A stretch of 64,000 bases of DNA from Octopus sinensis (taxonomy: Eukaryota), in contig NC_043024.1 of NCBI RefSeq assembly GCF_006345805.1, positions 7,440,001 to 7,504,000 on the forward strand, in the 5' to 3' direction. A program made the translations under genes and the position numbers. The notes beneath the pieces are model-generated. The model saw nothing but the letters and a program-made list of their open reading frames with translations, did not search any database and was not told where the DNA came from. Positions 11,456 to 24,775 of this stretch are shown in pieces; position 1 is the first letter of the stretch; every line of letters begins with the position of its first letter.

Positions 11456-14400
11456 AGCCAATCGGAACAGATATTTTTCACGAGGCATTCTCGTCCATGC
11501 CTCGCCAATATCTGACCTAAAATTTTCAAATCGTCGCACTCGCGCCAAATTTATCGGCAGCAAATAAATATAAGCCGCCGATTCCATTACGGAACCAACC
11601 AGAAAATTCATAATTAATCAATATAGGAGGCAAAAAATTTTGTAGAATTCTTTTGCCCCCAGCGGCCTAGTGGGAAAAAATTAAATAGTCATAACCATTT
11701 TTAAGTTCAATATCACAATCAAGGAACGGCCATAATAGGCCATTCACCCACTAGAAATAACAGCCAAAAGCTTCAACCGCAAAATAACATTAATTCCGTA
11801 AATCAGGAGAAAATTAAAAAACATTTACCCTGAAATTCCTTAGACGATGCACCGTTTCTTCTACTGTTAATGGTAAATTAACCTGATTAAATTAAATCAA
11901 GCCAATCTACCATAGGCCCTTAGATTCATCAGTAAGGAATAGCCAAATCGGAACAGATATTTTTCACGAGGCATTCTCGTCCATGCCTCGCCAATATCTG
12001 ACCTAAAATTTTCAAATCGTCGCACTCGCGCCAAATTTATCGGCAGCAAATAAATATAAGCCGCCGATTCCATTACGGAACCAACCAGAAAATTCATAAT
12101 TAATCAATATAGGGAGGCAAAAAAATTTTGTAGAATTCTTTTGCCCCCAGCGGCCTAGTGGGAAAAAATTAAATAGTCATAAACCATTTTTAAGTTCAAT
12201 ATCACAATCAAGGAACGGCCATAATAGGCCATTCACCCACTAGAAATAACAGCCAAAAAGCTTCAACCGCAAAATAACATTAATTCCGTAAATCAGGAGA
12301 AAATTAAAAAACATTTACCCTGAAATTCCTTAGACGATGCACCGTTTCTTCTACTGTTTAATGGTAAATTAACCTGATTAAATTAAATCAAGCCAATCTA
12401 CCATAGGCCCTTAGATTCATCAGTAAGGAATAGCCAATCGGAACAGATATTTTTCACGAGGCATTCTCGTCCATGCCTCGCCAATATCTGACCTAAAATT
12501 TTCAAATCGTCGCACTCGCGCCAAATTTATCGGCAGCAAATAAATATAAGCCGCCGATTCCATTACGGAACCAACCAGAAAATTCATAATTAATCAATAT
12601 AGGAGGCAAAAAAATTTTGTAGAATTCTTTTGCCCCCAGCGGCCTAGTGGGAAAAAATTAATAGTCATAAACCATTTTTAAGTTCAATATCACAATCAAG
12701 GAACGGCCATAATAGGCCATTCACCCACTAGAAATAACAGCCAAAAAGCTTCAACCGCAAAATAACATTAATTCCGTAAATCAGGAGAAAATTAAAAAAC
12801 ATTTACCCTGAAATTCCTTAGACGATGCACCGTTTCTTCTACTGTTTAATGGTAAATTAACCTGATTAAATTAAATCAAGCCAATCTACCATAGGCCCTT
12901 AGATTCATCAGTAAGGAATAGCCAAATCGGAACAGATATTTTTCACGAGGCATTCTCGTCCATGCCTCGCCAATATCTGACCTAAAATTTTCAAATCGTC
13001 GCACTCGCGCCAAATTTATCGGCAGCAAATAAATATAAGCCGCCGATTCCATTACGGAACCAACCAGAAAATTCATAATTAATCAATATAGGGAGGCAAA
13101 AAAATTTTGTAGAATTCTTTTGCCCCCAGCGGCCTAGTGGGAAAAAATTAAATAGTCATAAACCATTTTTAAGTTCAATATCACAATCAAGGAACGGCCA
13201 TAATAGGCCATTCACCCACTAGAAATAACAGCCAAAAGCTTCAACCGCAAAATAACATTAATTCCGTAAATCAGGAGAAAATTAAAAAACATTTACCCTG
13301 AAATTCCTTAGACGATGCACCGTTTCTTCTACTGTTTAATGGTAATTAACCTGATTAAATTAATCAAGCCAATCTACCATAGGCCCTTAGATTCATCAGT
13401 AAGGAATAGCCAAATCGGAACAGATATTTTTCACGAGGCATTCTCGTCCATGCCTCGCCAATATCTGACCTAAAATTTTCAAATCGTCGCACTCGCGCCA
13501 AATTTATCGGCAGCAATAAATATAAGCCGCCGATTCCATTACGGAACCAACCAGAAAATTCATAATTAATCAATATAGGGAGGCAAAAAAATTTTGTAGA
13601 ATTCTTTTGCCCCCAGCGGCCTAGTGGGAAAAAATTAAATAGTCATAAACCATTTTTAAGTTCAATATCACAATCAAGGAACGGCCATAATAGGCCATTC
13701 ACCCACTAGAAATAACAGCCAAAAAGCTTCAACCGCAAAATAACATTAATTCCGTAAATCAGGAGAAAATTAAAAAACATTTACCCTGAAATTCCTTAGA
13801 CGATGCACCGTTTCTTCTACTGTTTAATGGTAAATTAACCTGATTAATTAAATCAAGCCAATCTACCATAGGCCCTTAGATTCATCAGTAAGGAATAGCC
13901 AAATCGGAACAGATATTTTTCACGAGGCATTCTCGTCCATGCCTCGCCAATATCTGACCTAAAATTTTCAAATCGTCGCACTCGCGCCAAATTTATCGGC
14001 AGCAAATAAATATAAGCCGCCGATTCCATTACGGAACCAACCAGAAAATTCATAATTAATCAATATAGGGAGGCAAAAAAATTTTGTAGAATTCTTTTGC
14101 CCCCAGCGGCCTAGTGGGAAAAAATTAAATAGTCATAAACCATTTTTAAGTTCAATATCACAATCAAGGAACGGCCATAATAGGCCATTCACCCACTAGA
14201 AATAACAGCCAAAAAGCTTCAACCGCAAAATAACATTAATTCCGTAAATCAGGAGAAAATTAAAAAACATTTACCCTGAAATTCCTTAGACGATGCACCG
14301 TTTCTTCTTCTACTGTTTAATGGTAAATTAACCTGATTAAATTAAATCAAGCCAATCTACCATAGGCCCTTAGATTCATCAGTAAGGAATAGCCAAATCG

Positions 14401-16070
14401 GAACAGATATTTTTCACGAGGCATTCTCGTCCATGCCTCGCCAATATCTGACCTAAAATTTTCAAATCGTCGCACTCGCGCCAAATTTATCGGCAGCAAA
14501 TAAATATAAGCCGCCGATTCCATTACGGAACCAACCAGAAAATTCATAATTAATCAATATAGGAGGCAAAAAATTTTGTAGAATTCTTTTGCCCCCAGCG
14601 GCCTAGTGGGAAAAAATTAAATAGTCATAAACCATTTTTAAGTTCAATATCACAATCAAGGAACGGCCATAATAGGCCATTCACCCACTAGAAATAACAG
14701 CCAAAAGCTTCAACCGCAAAATAACATTAATTCCGTAAATCAGGAGAAAATTAAAAAACATTTACCCTGAAATTCCTTAGACGATGCACCGTTTCTTCTA
14801 CTGTTTAATGGTAAATTAACCTGATTAAATTAAATCAAGCCAATCTACCATAGGCCCTTAGATTCATCAGTAAGGAATAGCCAAATCGGAACAGATATTT
14901 TTCACGAGGCATTCTCGTCCATGCCTCGCCAATATCTGACCTAAAATTTTCAAATCGTCGCACTCGCGCCAAATTTATCGGCAGCAAATAAATATAAGCC
15001 GCCGATTCCATTACGGAACCAACCAGAAAATTCATAATTAATCAATATAGGGAGGCAAAAAATTTTGTAGAATTCTTTTGCCCCCAGCGGCCTAGTGGGA
15101 AAAAATTAAATAGTCATAAACCATTTTTAAGTTCAATATCACAATCAAGGAACGGCCATAATAGGCCATTCACCCACTAGAAATAACAGCCAAAAAGCTT
15201 CAACCGCAAAATAACATTAATTCCGTAAATCAGGAGAAAATTAAAAACATTTACCCTGAAATTCCTTAGACGATGCACCGTTTCTTCTACTGTTTAATGG
15301 TAAATTAACCTGATTAAATTAAATCAAGCCAATCTACCATAGGCCCTTAGATTCATCAGTAAGGAATAGCCAAATCGGAACAGATATTTTTCACGAGGCA
15401 TTCTCGTCCATGCCTCGCCAATATCTGACCTAAAATTTTCAAATCGTCGCACTCGCGCCAAATTTATCGGCAGCAAATAAATATAAGCCGCCGATTCCAT
15501 TACGGAACCAACCAGAAAATTCATAATTAATCAATATAGGAGGCAAAAAAATTTTGTAGAATTCTTTTGCCCCCAGCGGCCTAGTGGGAAAAAATTAAAT
15601 AGTCATAAACCATTTTTAAGTTCAATATCACAATCAAGGAACGGCCATAATAGGCCATTCACCCACTAGAAATAACAGCCAAAAGCTTCAACCGCAAAAT
15701 AACATTAATTTTCTCCTGATTTACGGAATTAATGTTATTTTGCGGTTGAAGCTTTTTGGCTGTTATTTCTAGTGGGTGAATGGCCTATTATGGCCGTTCC
15801 TTGATTGTGATATTGAACTTAAAAATGGTTTATGACTATTTAATTTTTTCCACTAGGCCGCTGGGGGCAAAAGAATTCTACAAAATTTTTTTGCCTCCCT
15901 ATATTGATTAATTATGAATTTTCTGGTTGGTTCCGTAATGGAATCGGCGGCTTATATTTATTTGCTGCCGATAAATTTGGCGCGAGTGCGACGATTTGAA
16001 AATTTTAGGTCAGATATTGGCGAGGCATGGACGAGAATGCCTCGTGAAAAATATCTGTTCCGATTTGGCT

Positions 16071-16177
16071 ATTCCTTACTGATGAATCTAAGGGCCTATG
16101 GTAGATTGGCTTGATTTAATTTAATCAGGTTAATTTACCATTAAACAGTAGAAGAAACGGTGCATCGTCTAAGGAAT
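16071..16177 (+). ncRNA. Type I HHR, plus-strand copy 1 (predicted cleavage after C16169)
   Basis: 8-bp stem I ATTCCTTA/TAAGGAAT; CTGATGA; 68-nt stem II region; GAAAC; stem III ACGG-TGCA-TCGT; GTC. Confidence 0.8.
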
Positions 16178-16563
16178 TTCAGGGTAAATGTTTTTTAATT
16201 TTCTCCTGATTTACGGAATTAATGTTATTTTGCGGTTGAAGCTTTTTGGCTGTTATTTCTAGTGGGTGAATGGCCTATTATGGCCGTTCCTTGATTGTGA
16301 TATTGAACTTAAAAATGGTTTATGACTATTTAATTTTTTCCCACTAGGCCGCTGGGGGCAAAAGAATTCTACAAAATTTTTTTTTGCCTCCCTATATTGA
16401 TTAATTATGAATTTTCTGGTTGGTTCCGTAATGGAATCGGCGGCTTATATTTATTTGCTGCCGATAAATTTGGCGCGAGTGCGACGATTTGAAAATTTTA
16501 GGTCAGATATTGGCGAGGCATGGACGAGAATGCCTCGTGAAAAATATCTGTTCCGATTTGGCT

Positions 16564-16670
16564 ATTCCTTACTGATGAATCTAAGGGCCTATGGTAGATT
16601 GGCTTGATTTAATTTAATCAGGTTAATTTACCATTAAACAGTAGAAGAAACGGTGCATCGTCTAAGGAAT
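16564..16670 (+). ncRNA. Type I HHR, plus-strand copy 2 (cleavage after 16662)
   Basis: Same sequence as copy 1. Confidence 0.8.
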
Positions 16671-17054
16671 TTCAGGGTAAATGTTTTTTAATTTTCTCCT
16701 GATTTACGGAATTAATGTTATTTTGCGGTTGAAGCTTTTTGGCTGTTATTTCTAGTGGGTGAATGGCCTATTATGGCCGTTCCTTGATTGTGATATTGAA
16801 CTTAAAAATGGTTTATGACTATTTAATTTTTTCCCACTAGGCCGCTGGGGGCAAAAGAATTCTACAAAATTTTTTTGCCTCCCTATATTGATTAATTATG
16901 AATTTTCTGGTTGGTTCCGTAATGGAATCGGCGGCTTATATTTATTTGCTGCCGATAAATTTGGCGCGAGTGCGACGATTTGAAAATTTTAGGTCAGATA
17001 TTGGCGAGGCATGGACGAGAATGCCTCGTGAAAAATATCTGTTCCGATTTGGCT

Positions 17055-17161
17055 ATTCCTTACTGATGAATCTAAGGGCCTATGGTAGATTGGCTTGATT
17101 TAATTTAATCAGGTTAATTTACCATTAAACAGTAGAAGAAACGGTGCATCGTCTAAGGAAT
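17055..17161 (+). ncRNA. Type I HHR, plus-strand copy 3 (cleavage after 17153)
   Basis: Same sequence as copy 1. Confidence 0.8.
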
Positions 17162-17545
17162 TTCAGGGTAAATGTTTTTTAATTTTCTCCTGATTTACGG
17201 AATTAATGTTATTTTGCGGTTGAAGCTTTTTGGCTGTTATTTCTAGTGGGTGAATGGCCTATTATGGCCGTTCCTTGATTGTGATATTGAACTTAAAAAT
17301 GGTTTATGACTATTTAATTTTTTCCCACTAGGCCGCTGGGGGCAAAAGAATTCTACAAAATTTTTTTGCCTCCCTATATTGATTAATTATGAATTTTCTG
17401 GTTGGTTCCGTAATGGAATCGGCGGCTTATATTTATTTGCTGCCGATAAATTTGGCGCGAGTGCGACGATTTGAAAATTTTAGGTCAGATATTGGCGAGG
17501 CATGGACGAGAATGCCTCGTGAAAAATATCTGTTCCGATTTGGCT

Positions 17546-17652
17546 ATTCCTTACTGATGAATCTAAGGGCCTATGGTAGATTGGCTTGATTTAATTTAAT
17601 CAGGTTAATTTACCATTAAACAGTAGAAGAAACGGTGCATCGTCTAAGGAAT
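17546..17652 (+). ncRNA. Type I HHR, plus-strand copy 4 (cleavage after 17644)
   Basis: Same sequence as copy 1. Confidence 0.8.
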
Positions 17653-17787
17653 TTCAGGGTAAATGTTTTTTAATTTTCTCCTGATTTACGGAATTAATGT
17701 TATTTTGCGGTTGAAGCTTTTTGGCTGTTATTTCTAGTGGGTGAATGGCCTATTATGGCCGTTCCTTGATATATATATATATATATA

Positions 17788-17853
<66 letters not shown>

Positions 17854-18077
17854 AAGTATGTATGCATATATGTGTGTGTGCATACTTGTGTATCTGTATT
17901 TGTCCCCCACCATCATTTGACAACCGATGTTGGTGTATTTACGTCCTTGTCATCTAGTGGTTCAGCAAGTGAAACCAATAGAATAAGTCTTGGGGTCGAT
18001 TTGCCCGACTAAAGGCAGTGCTCCAGCATGGCTTCAGTCAAATGACTGAAACAAATAAAAGAATAAAAGAAAAAAGA

Positions 18078-18124
<47 letters not shown>

Positions 18125-18159
18125 ATATATAATATATATAATATTATATATTTTTTCTC

Positions 18160-18323
18160 TCTTTTACTTGTTTCAGTCATCTGACTGCGGCCATGCTGGA
18201 GCACTGCCTTTAGTCGGGCAAATCGACCCTTGGACTTAATCTTTGTAAGCCTAGTACTTATGCTATTGGTCTCTTTTGCCGAACCGCTAAGTTATGGGGA
18301 TGTAAACACACCAGCATACATAT

Positions 18324-18368
<45 letters not shown>

Positions 18369-18580
18369 ATATAATATATATATATATATATAATATATAT
18401 ATATATATACATATATATGACGGGCTTCTTTCAGTTTCCGTCTACCAAATCCACTCACAAGGCTTTGGTCGGCTCGAGGCTATAGTAGAAGACACTTGCC
18501 CTAGGTGCCACGCAGTGGGACTGAACCCGGAACCATGTGGTTAATAAGCAAGCTACTTACCACACAGCCACTCCTGCGCC
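18160..18580 (-). mobile_element. SINE family A
   Basis: Reverse complement of the family A body. Confidence 0.8.
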
Positions 18581-19185
18581 TATACACCGCCTATACATTT
18601 ATATATAAATGTATGTATATATATTATATATAGAAATATACATATATACACACACACACATGCACTCATCTAAATATATATATCTATGTCTGTGTGTGTT
18701 GGAACAACCCAAAATAGGTTTACAAGAGCTCAACACTTGACCTCTATAAAAATGAAATTCAAACATTGTTTGGTGGCCGTATTGGGTGGGAGTAGGGGGT
18801 GATTGCAATATTTGATTACCATCAGGTGTGAGGTCGCTTGGTGACGGAAAGGTGATAGAATGGTGATGGTGTAGTTGGTGGTTGTAATGATGATGATGAT
18901 GATGGTATGGTGGGTGAGATGGTTGTGGCAAAACGGAGAAGTGGACGAACAGGACAGACATAATTAGAAAAAGACAAGAACAAACAGAACCTACCTGCAT
19001 ATACACACATATCCAGAAAAGAAGGAGAGGGAAGAAAAGGATATAAGACAATAAATAAAAACAACAGCAAAATAAGAAAACTAAAAAGGAAGAGAGTAAG
19101 GAGGAGGAAGAAGAGTGAAGAATAAGCAATATCTGCCTAGAATAGAGGAAGAATTAAATCTCCATATTTCTAATACAATAAAAGG

Positions 19186-19781
19186 AGGCGAGCTGGCAGA
19201 AACGTTAGCGCGCCGGGCGAAATGCTTAGCGGTATTTCGTCTGTCATTACGTTCTGAGTTCAAATTCCGCCGACGTCAACTTTGCCTTTCATCCTTTCGA
19301 GGTTGATAAATTGAGTACCAGTTATGCACTGGGATCGATATAATCGACTTAATCCCTTTGTCTGTCCTTGTTTGTCCCCTCTGTCTTTAGCCCCCAGTGG
19401 GTAGTAAAGAAATAGGTATTTTGTCTGTCGTTACATTCTGAGTTCAAATTCCGTCGAGGTCGACTTTGCCTTTCATCCTTTCGGGGTCGATTAAATAAGT
19501 ACCAGTTTCGCACTGGGGTCGATGTAATCGACTTAATCCCTTTGTCTGTCCTTGTTTGTCCCCTCTGTGTTTAGCCCCTTGTGGGTAGTAAAGAAATAGG
19601 TATTTTGTCTGTCGTTACGTTGTGAGTTCAAATTCCGCCGAGGTCAACTTTGCCTTTCATCCTTTCGGGGTCGATTAAATAAGTACTAGTTTCACACTGG
19701 GGTTGATATTACCGACTTAATCCCTTTGTCTGTCCTTTTTTGTCCCCTCTATGTTTAGCCTCTTGTGGGCAGTAAAGAAAT
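19186..19781 (+). mobile_element. SINE family B with a triplicated body
   Basis: One head followed by three ~185-bp bodies, each ending GTAGTAAAGAAATA (third copy GCAGTAAAGAAATA). Confidence 0.8.
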
Positions 19782-19983
19782 ATATACTTCTAATACAATA
19801 ATTCTTAACCTGGATGGAAATTTTGTGATTCCATTAGGATTTTAAATCGAGAAGTTCTTTATCATTATTTGGAGATTTTTCATTTTTTGTTGCTGGTGGG
19901 GGAGGGTTTATGAATAATGATAATGTCAATTTTAAGAATGTTAATGTTAAATTAATATAAATTTCCTAATATGTAATAGTGTG

Positions 19984-20220
19984 GAGGCGCGTGGCTTAGT
20001 GGTTAGGGTGTCAGCATCATGATCGTAAGATTGTGGTTTCGATTCCTGGACCGGGTGATGCATTATGTTCTTGGGAAAAACACTTCATTTCACGTTGTTC
20101 CAGTCCACTCAGCTGGCAAAAATGAGTAACTCTGTGATGGACTCGCGTGCCATCCAGCTGGCGAACACATATGCCATAGAAACCGGGAAACTGGGCCCAT
20201 GAACCTGGCTAGGCTTTAAA
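19984..20220 (+). mobile_element. tRNA-derived SINE, family D
   Basis: GGAGGCGCGTGGCTTAGTGGTTAG (A box) and GGTTTCGATTCC (B box), followed by a non-tRNA body. Confidence 0.55.
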
Positions 20221-20992
20221 AAAGGACGAAATATGTAATAGTGCTATGTAGAATACGACTTGGCAGACTTTTGGAAAAGCCGTCTCACTTATGTTGGAAT
20301 TTTTCTATTTTCACCAAGGATTTTTTTATTTTATTATATTTTATTTTTATGCATCATGCCCTTCTAAAGAATGATCGGGGCAACCTTTTTAAACGTCTGA
20401 TCCCATCCTATGTTCAAACTGACCAGATCCAGCCTCCCACACCTACTCTACAATGTCACTGTAAAAAAGAAATACAATCACATCATCAAAATCTCATAGC
20501 TACAGAATAATGCATGATTAATTCAAAACAATGTAAATAAATAAGCATTACATTTGACAGAGTAATCTGAATGTTACATGGTTAAAGGCAGAATTTCCTT
20601 CTCTAAAAAACACCTGTGTTCTTCAAAGCTTCTTTAATATTCCATCTTTTCACAAGCATCAGAGTGCAAAGATCTCCTCATGAACGCAGGTTCGTGAGAT
20701 GGTTGTGATCTGTAAACAGTTTTGAGTAACAATGTTCATGTGCACACTGGATTTGTAAAATGGGTGAGAATAAAACACAATGCGTATGTCAAAACAAAAG
20801 AAGAGAAGAATAAAAACGCAATGTCAAACAAGTTATATGGTGGTCTGTATGTTATGTCTGACACCACTATTATGCCGTTTTGCTGCAATTTTCTTGTTTA
20901 GTATAACCCCTTCTTTCTTTCTTTTTTTCATCCCCAAATCTTTCTCTTTTATTTTACACTTTTTCCATTCAACACATGAAGTAAAAATGAAA

Positions 20993-21145
20993 TCTTTATA
21001 TATAAAATTGAAGTTGTGTGTGTGAGACTCTGTCTCCTCCGATTTAGATTCCTAACTACTCCCACATTTTGTGGTGCAGTTTAACCAAAAGCGGGTATCT
21101 TATAGTCGTGATTCATATCGAGCCCTTCTGGGTATTAGCGCGCGT
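20993..21145 (+). mobile_element. Helitron-like element, 5' half only
   Basis: Matches the first ~150 bp of 2624-2923. Confidence 0.7.
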
Positions 21146-21742
21146 TCAAGTGGAAAACAATTCTAATATGTGATGCATTCCATAAGTTTTGAGAAACACA
21201 GATACAGAGTAATACATTCATAGCTATCGGTGTTACAAAGCACCTTTTGAGTGTTGGGCCTCTCGGAGGCAATGACAAATGACCAAGGCCTTTGGCATTA
21301 TGCTGGGCTTGAGAAGAACACCCATCAAGCCAAGCGGAATCGTAGTCATGATAGATACTGGTGTCACGCAACTGGCACTCATGCCAGTGGCACGTGAAAG
21401 CAAACATTACATTCTTGGAGTGGTTGGTGTCAGGAAGAGCATCCAGCCATAGAAACCATGTCAAATCAGACTGGAGTCTGGTGCAGCCCCTCAGCTTGCC
21501 AGCTCTGGTCAGATCGTCCAACCCATGATAATGATGATACAATGGGCTTCTTTCAGTTTCCATCGACCAAATCCTTTCACAAGGCTTTGGTTGGCCCAAG
21601 GCTATAATGAAAGACACTTACCCAAGGTACCACATGGAGGGACTGAACTCGGAACCATGTGGCTGGTTTAAAAAAATTTCTATTTTCCTGTTTTGTTATA
21701 TATAATGTGTATATGTGTATGTGTGCTTGCATGCATGCATAT

Positions 21743-21793
<51 letters not shown>

Positions 21794-21800
21794 GAATATG

Positions 21801-21836
<36 letters not shown>

Positions 21837-21837
21837 C

Positions 21838-21932
<95 letters not shown>

Positions 21933-22100
21933 ATATATATATATATATATATCATCATCATCATTTAGCGTCCGCTTTCCATGCTAGCATGGGTTGAACT
22001 GTTTAACTGGGGTTATCTGGTGTTGTGGATTTCCACTTCAGCATCTGAAACTCAGAGTTTATCTTGACTATTGAATAATTGTAACATATTATTTTATAAA

Positions 22101-22326
22101 TATTGTTATATTTCGGAATGGTAATTTTGCCAGTTTAGCCAATAAAAACACACGCACTATATATTTGGTGTTACTTTGCTTCAGTGTTATTTATTTTTTA
22201 CATTAATCTTAAACTTATTTCGGCCAGAGTTCTTTCGTCACACTCCTGTGACCGCATCAGTGGTCCTTTGTTTTCTTCTTTCTTATTTGTGTCTCTCCTT
22301 ATTAACCGTCAGCCATTTTGTATTTT
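22101..22326 (-). mobile_element. Solo pseudo-LTR of the PLE at 43015-45680, with an HHR-like motif
   Basis: Near-identical to 43015-43251 and to the reverse complement of 45446-45680. Confidence 0.75.
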
Positions 22327-22426
22327 CTTGCACAAAAATCTTGCACAACAAATTTTATAGATAAATTTCCTCTATTTACATAATATTGAGGTCTCTTTCT
22401 TTCTTTTGTTATCTCACCGTTTTTAC

Positions 22427-22464
<38 letters not shown>

Positions 22465-22494
22465 TATGCATGCATGCAAGCACACACACACACA

Positions 22495-22539
<45 letters not shown>

Positions 22540-22580
22540 GTGCATGTAAGTTTGCATTATGTATATGTTATGTATTTCAG

Positions 22581-22812
22581 GTGTCATAACAGGCAGTGAA
22601 GCATTCAAAGGATTCATTCTGCAAGCTCGGAACCTGGCAACTGGTGCCACTGCCGGTCAGTTTGTATGGTTTAATGAGGAAAGTGCCAGGACTTTGGACT
22701 GTGTCCATCCCAATGACACTTTGACACATCGCAACATAAATGAGAAACAGAAAATACCCTTTATATGGACATCAGACCAGAACGAACCAGAAGTTAAAAA
22801 GATCCAATTCCA
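22581..22812 (+). CDS. Exon 2 of the Reeler-domain gene
   Basis: TTTCAG acceptor and GTAAGT donor; phase 1 in, phase 2 out; FKGFILQAR...GQF...LDC...TLTH...FIW is the Reeler core. Confidence 0.9.
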
Positions 22813-22847
22813 GTAAGTTTTAATTACTGTGATTGGTTTCATTTGTT

Positions 22848-23314
22848 GTTAGTTAATTTAATTTTGGGCTCAGAAAGCAAAAAGCAAGGCCATGTAGGGG
22901 GACATGGAGTTATGTACAGGGTGGTGTTTGTGTAAAGAGTTCAGGCCACTTATGGTCAAGGGGGACTTTGAGCCGAGCGGTCGTCGGCATCTTCACTATC
23001 TCGTCCGGCAGCTTATTCCACGGATCCGCAACCTGGACGGAGAAAGCCCCTCTCCTTCGATTGAGATGAAATCGTCGCAAATAGAGCTTTTCGGAGTGAC
23101 CCCGCAGCCAACGCTCTGAAGCAGGAGTGAAGAACAGCTCTTTCGAGAGGTTACACTTTCCGCTTATGATGTTGTGAGCAAGAATGAGATCACCATGGTG
23201 TCGTCGTTTTTCTAGAGAATAAAGGTTGAGCGTCTTCAGCCTTTCTTCATAAGACAAATTCTTGAGACCAAGAACCATGCAGGTAGCCAGCTTCTGGACT
23301 CTTTCAAGATGCTG
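22848..23314 (-). mobile_element. CR1-clade LINE 3' fragment
   Basis: LERVQKLAT.MVLGLKNLSYEERLKTLNLYSLEKRR; (TAAC/TTAA) tail; copies at 34872, 50164 and 55185. Confidence 0.85.
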
Positions 23315-24582
23315 TTAAGGATCTACAGACATTAGGTCCCACAGAGGGGATGATAGGGGCCCAAGACTATTAGTAGTTTGCTGTACTTGAGAAGACATGT
23401 CAAGCTAAATAAATGTGTGGTTGTTCTTGGATAAAGGCTTGTTCCTTGCATCTGACTCCAGCTGAGCATTCTGACTGACCTCTCTGGAGACCGTCAGAGG
23501 AATAAAGGAGAACTTATTATTTACCTACTGATTTAAAGTAATGGAATTCTTGTAACAATAAATTTGTTGTCAATTTTTAACATGATTTAATATAATTTTA
23601 GTCTTGTATAATTTTAATTCCAAATTTGTAAATATAAATTTTAAATTATAAGTTTAATTTTTAGTTTAACGTCTAAAATTCCAGTTAATTGACAAAAATA
23701 AGATAAATAACATTTTTACTCTTCATAAAAACCAGTAAATTCTATCTAATTACTTATTTATCTAAATAAATTAACCACAGAAATTAATTTTTTCCTTCAT
23801 ATATATTTTTTTCTATTTTTTCTTATTTTTAATATTTTTAAATATTTGAAGTAGTGTTATAATTATCTCCCCTACACCGGAAATCTTAAATAGAGGATAG
23901 GATTTTCTTTAGTACTGGTATTCAATAATTAAGAATTATCTCCCCTACATTGGAAATCATATAAATAGAGGACATATCTTCAGTAGCCATATTTAATTTG
24001 TGGAGTTAACTGGTGCTCATCAATAAGATAAGTCATGCTCCTAATTTTTTTTAATACTGTTAAATCTTATCAATTATTTATAAATGTATATTGTAATTAT
24101 AATGTCTTCATTTATGTTGTAAATTTATTTTATGTTACTTAGACCTGAAGAGTGGTTATGTATCATTGGATCAAAGAAATATTAATTTTTGAGATTATCT
24201 ATTTTGATATCGTAGATTTGTATACATAGCTACAAAATGCACGTCGTTATTTTAATGTGTATTTTGTTAATGTGTATTATTTAGTATAGAAATTTTTAGT
24301 ACAATATTAATAATAATGTTGTTTTAATGTGTTTTTTTAATGTGCATTAATTAGTATAGAAATTTTTAGTACAATGTTAATAATAATATATTTAAACTTA
24401 TATTTTATTATAGATAATATCTTTCATTATTAATTGAATTACCTAATGGAGGTTCTGTCTCTTAATTCTAAATATATTTAATATATCGTGAAATTTGATT
24501 TGGTATTACTAAATTGAGTTTGTTTTCCCCTATTGCCTTGGAATTTTATATTCCCTACTATTAATAATTATATATGTATATA

Positions 24583-24614
<32 letters not shown>

Positions 24615-24727
24615 CACGCACACGGTATATATATACATACATATATACACTTATATTCATAAATATACACATACATATATATGTCTACATATATATGCAT
24701 ATATATACATATACCTATACATACATA

Positions 24728-24775
<48 letters not shown>

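Larger units (their letters stand above)
11118..17770. repeat. Tandem array of ~490-bp HHR-bearing units with an internal inversion (retrozyme/PLE pLTR-like)
   Basis: About 9.4 units at 11118-15710, then about 4.2 inverted units at 15711-17770; the same 66-aa pseudo-ORF recurs every ~490 bp; (TA)n at both ends. Confidence 0.95.

Noticed and set aside
11897-17589. Repeated 66-aa ORF MNFLVGSVMESAAYIYLL...
   Set aside because: It is a by-product of the tandem unit, overlaps the HHR core, has no recognisable motif, and is broken by single indels in some copies.
11118-17770. CRISPR-like or rDNA-like array
   Set aside because: No unique spacers and no rRNA/5S similarity recognised; the context is eukaryotic.
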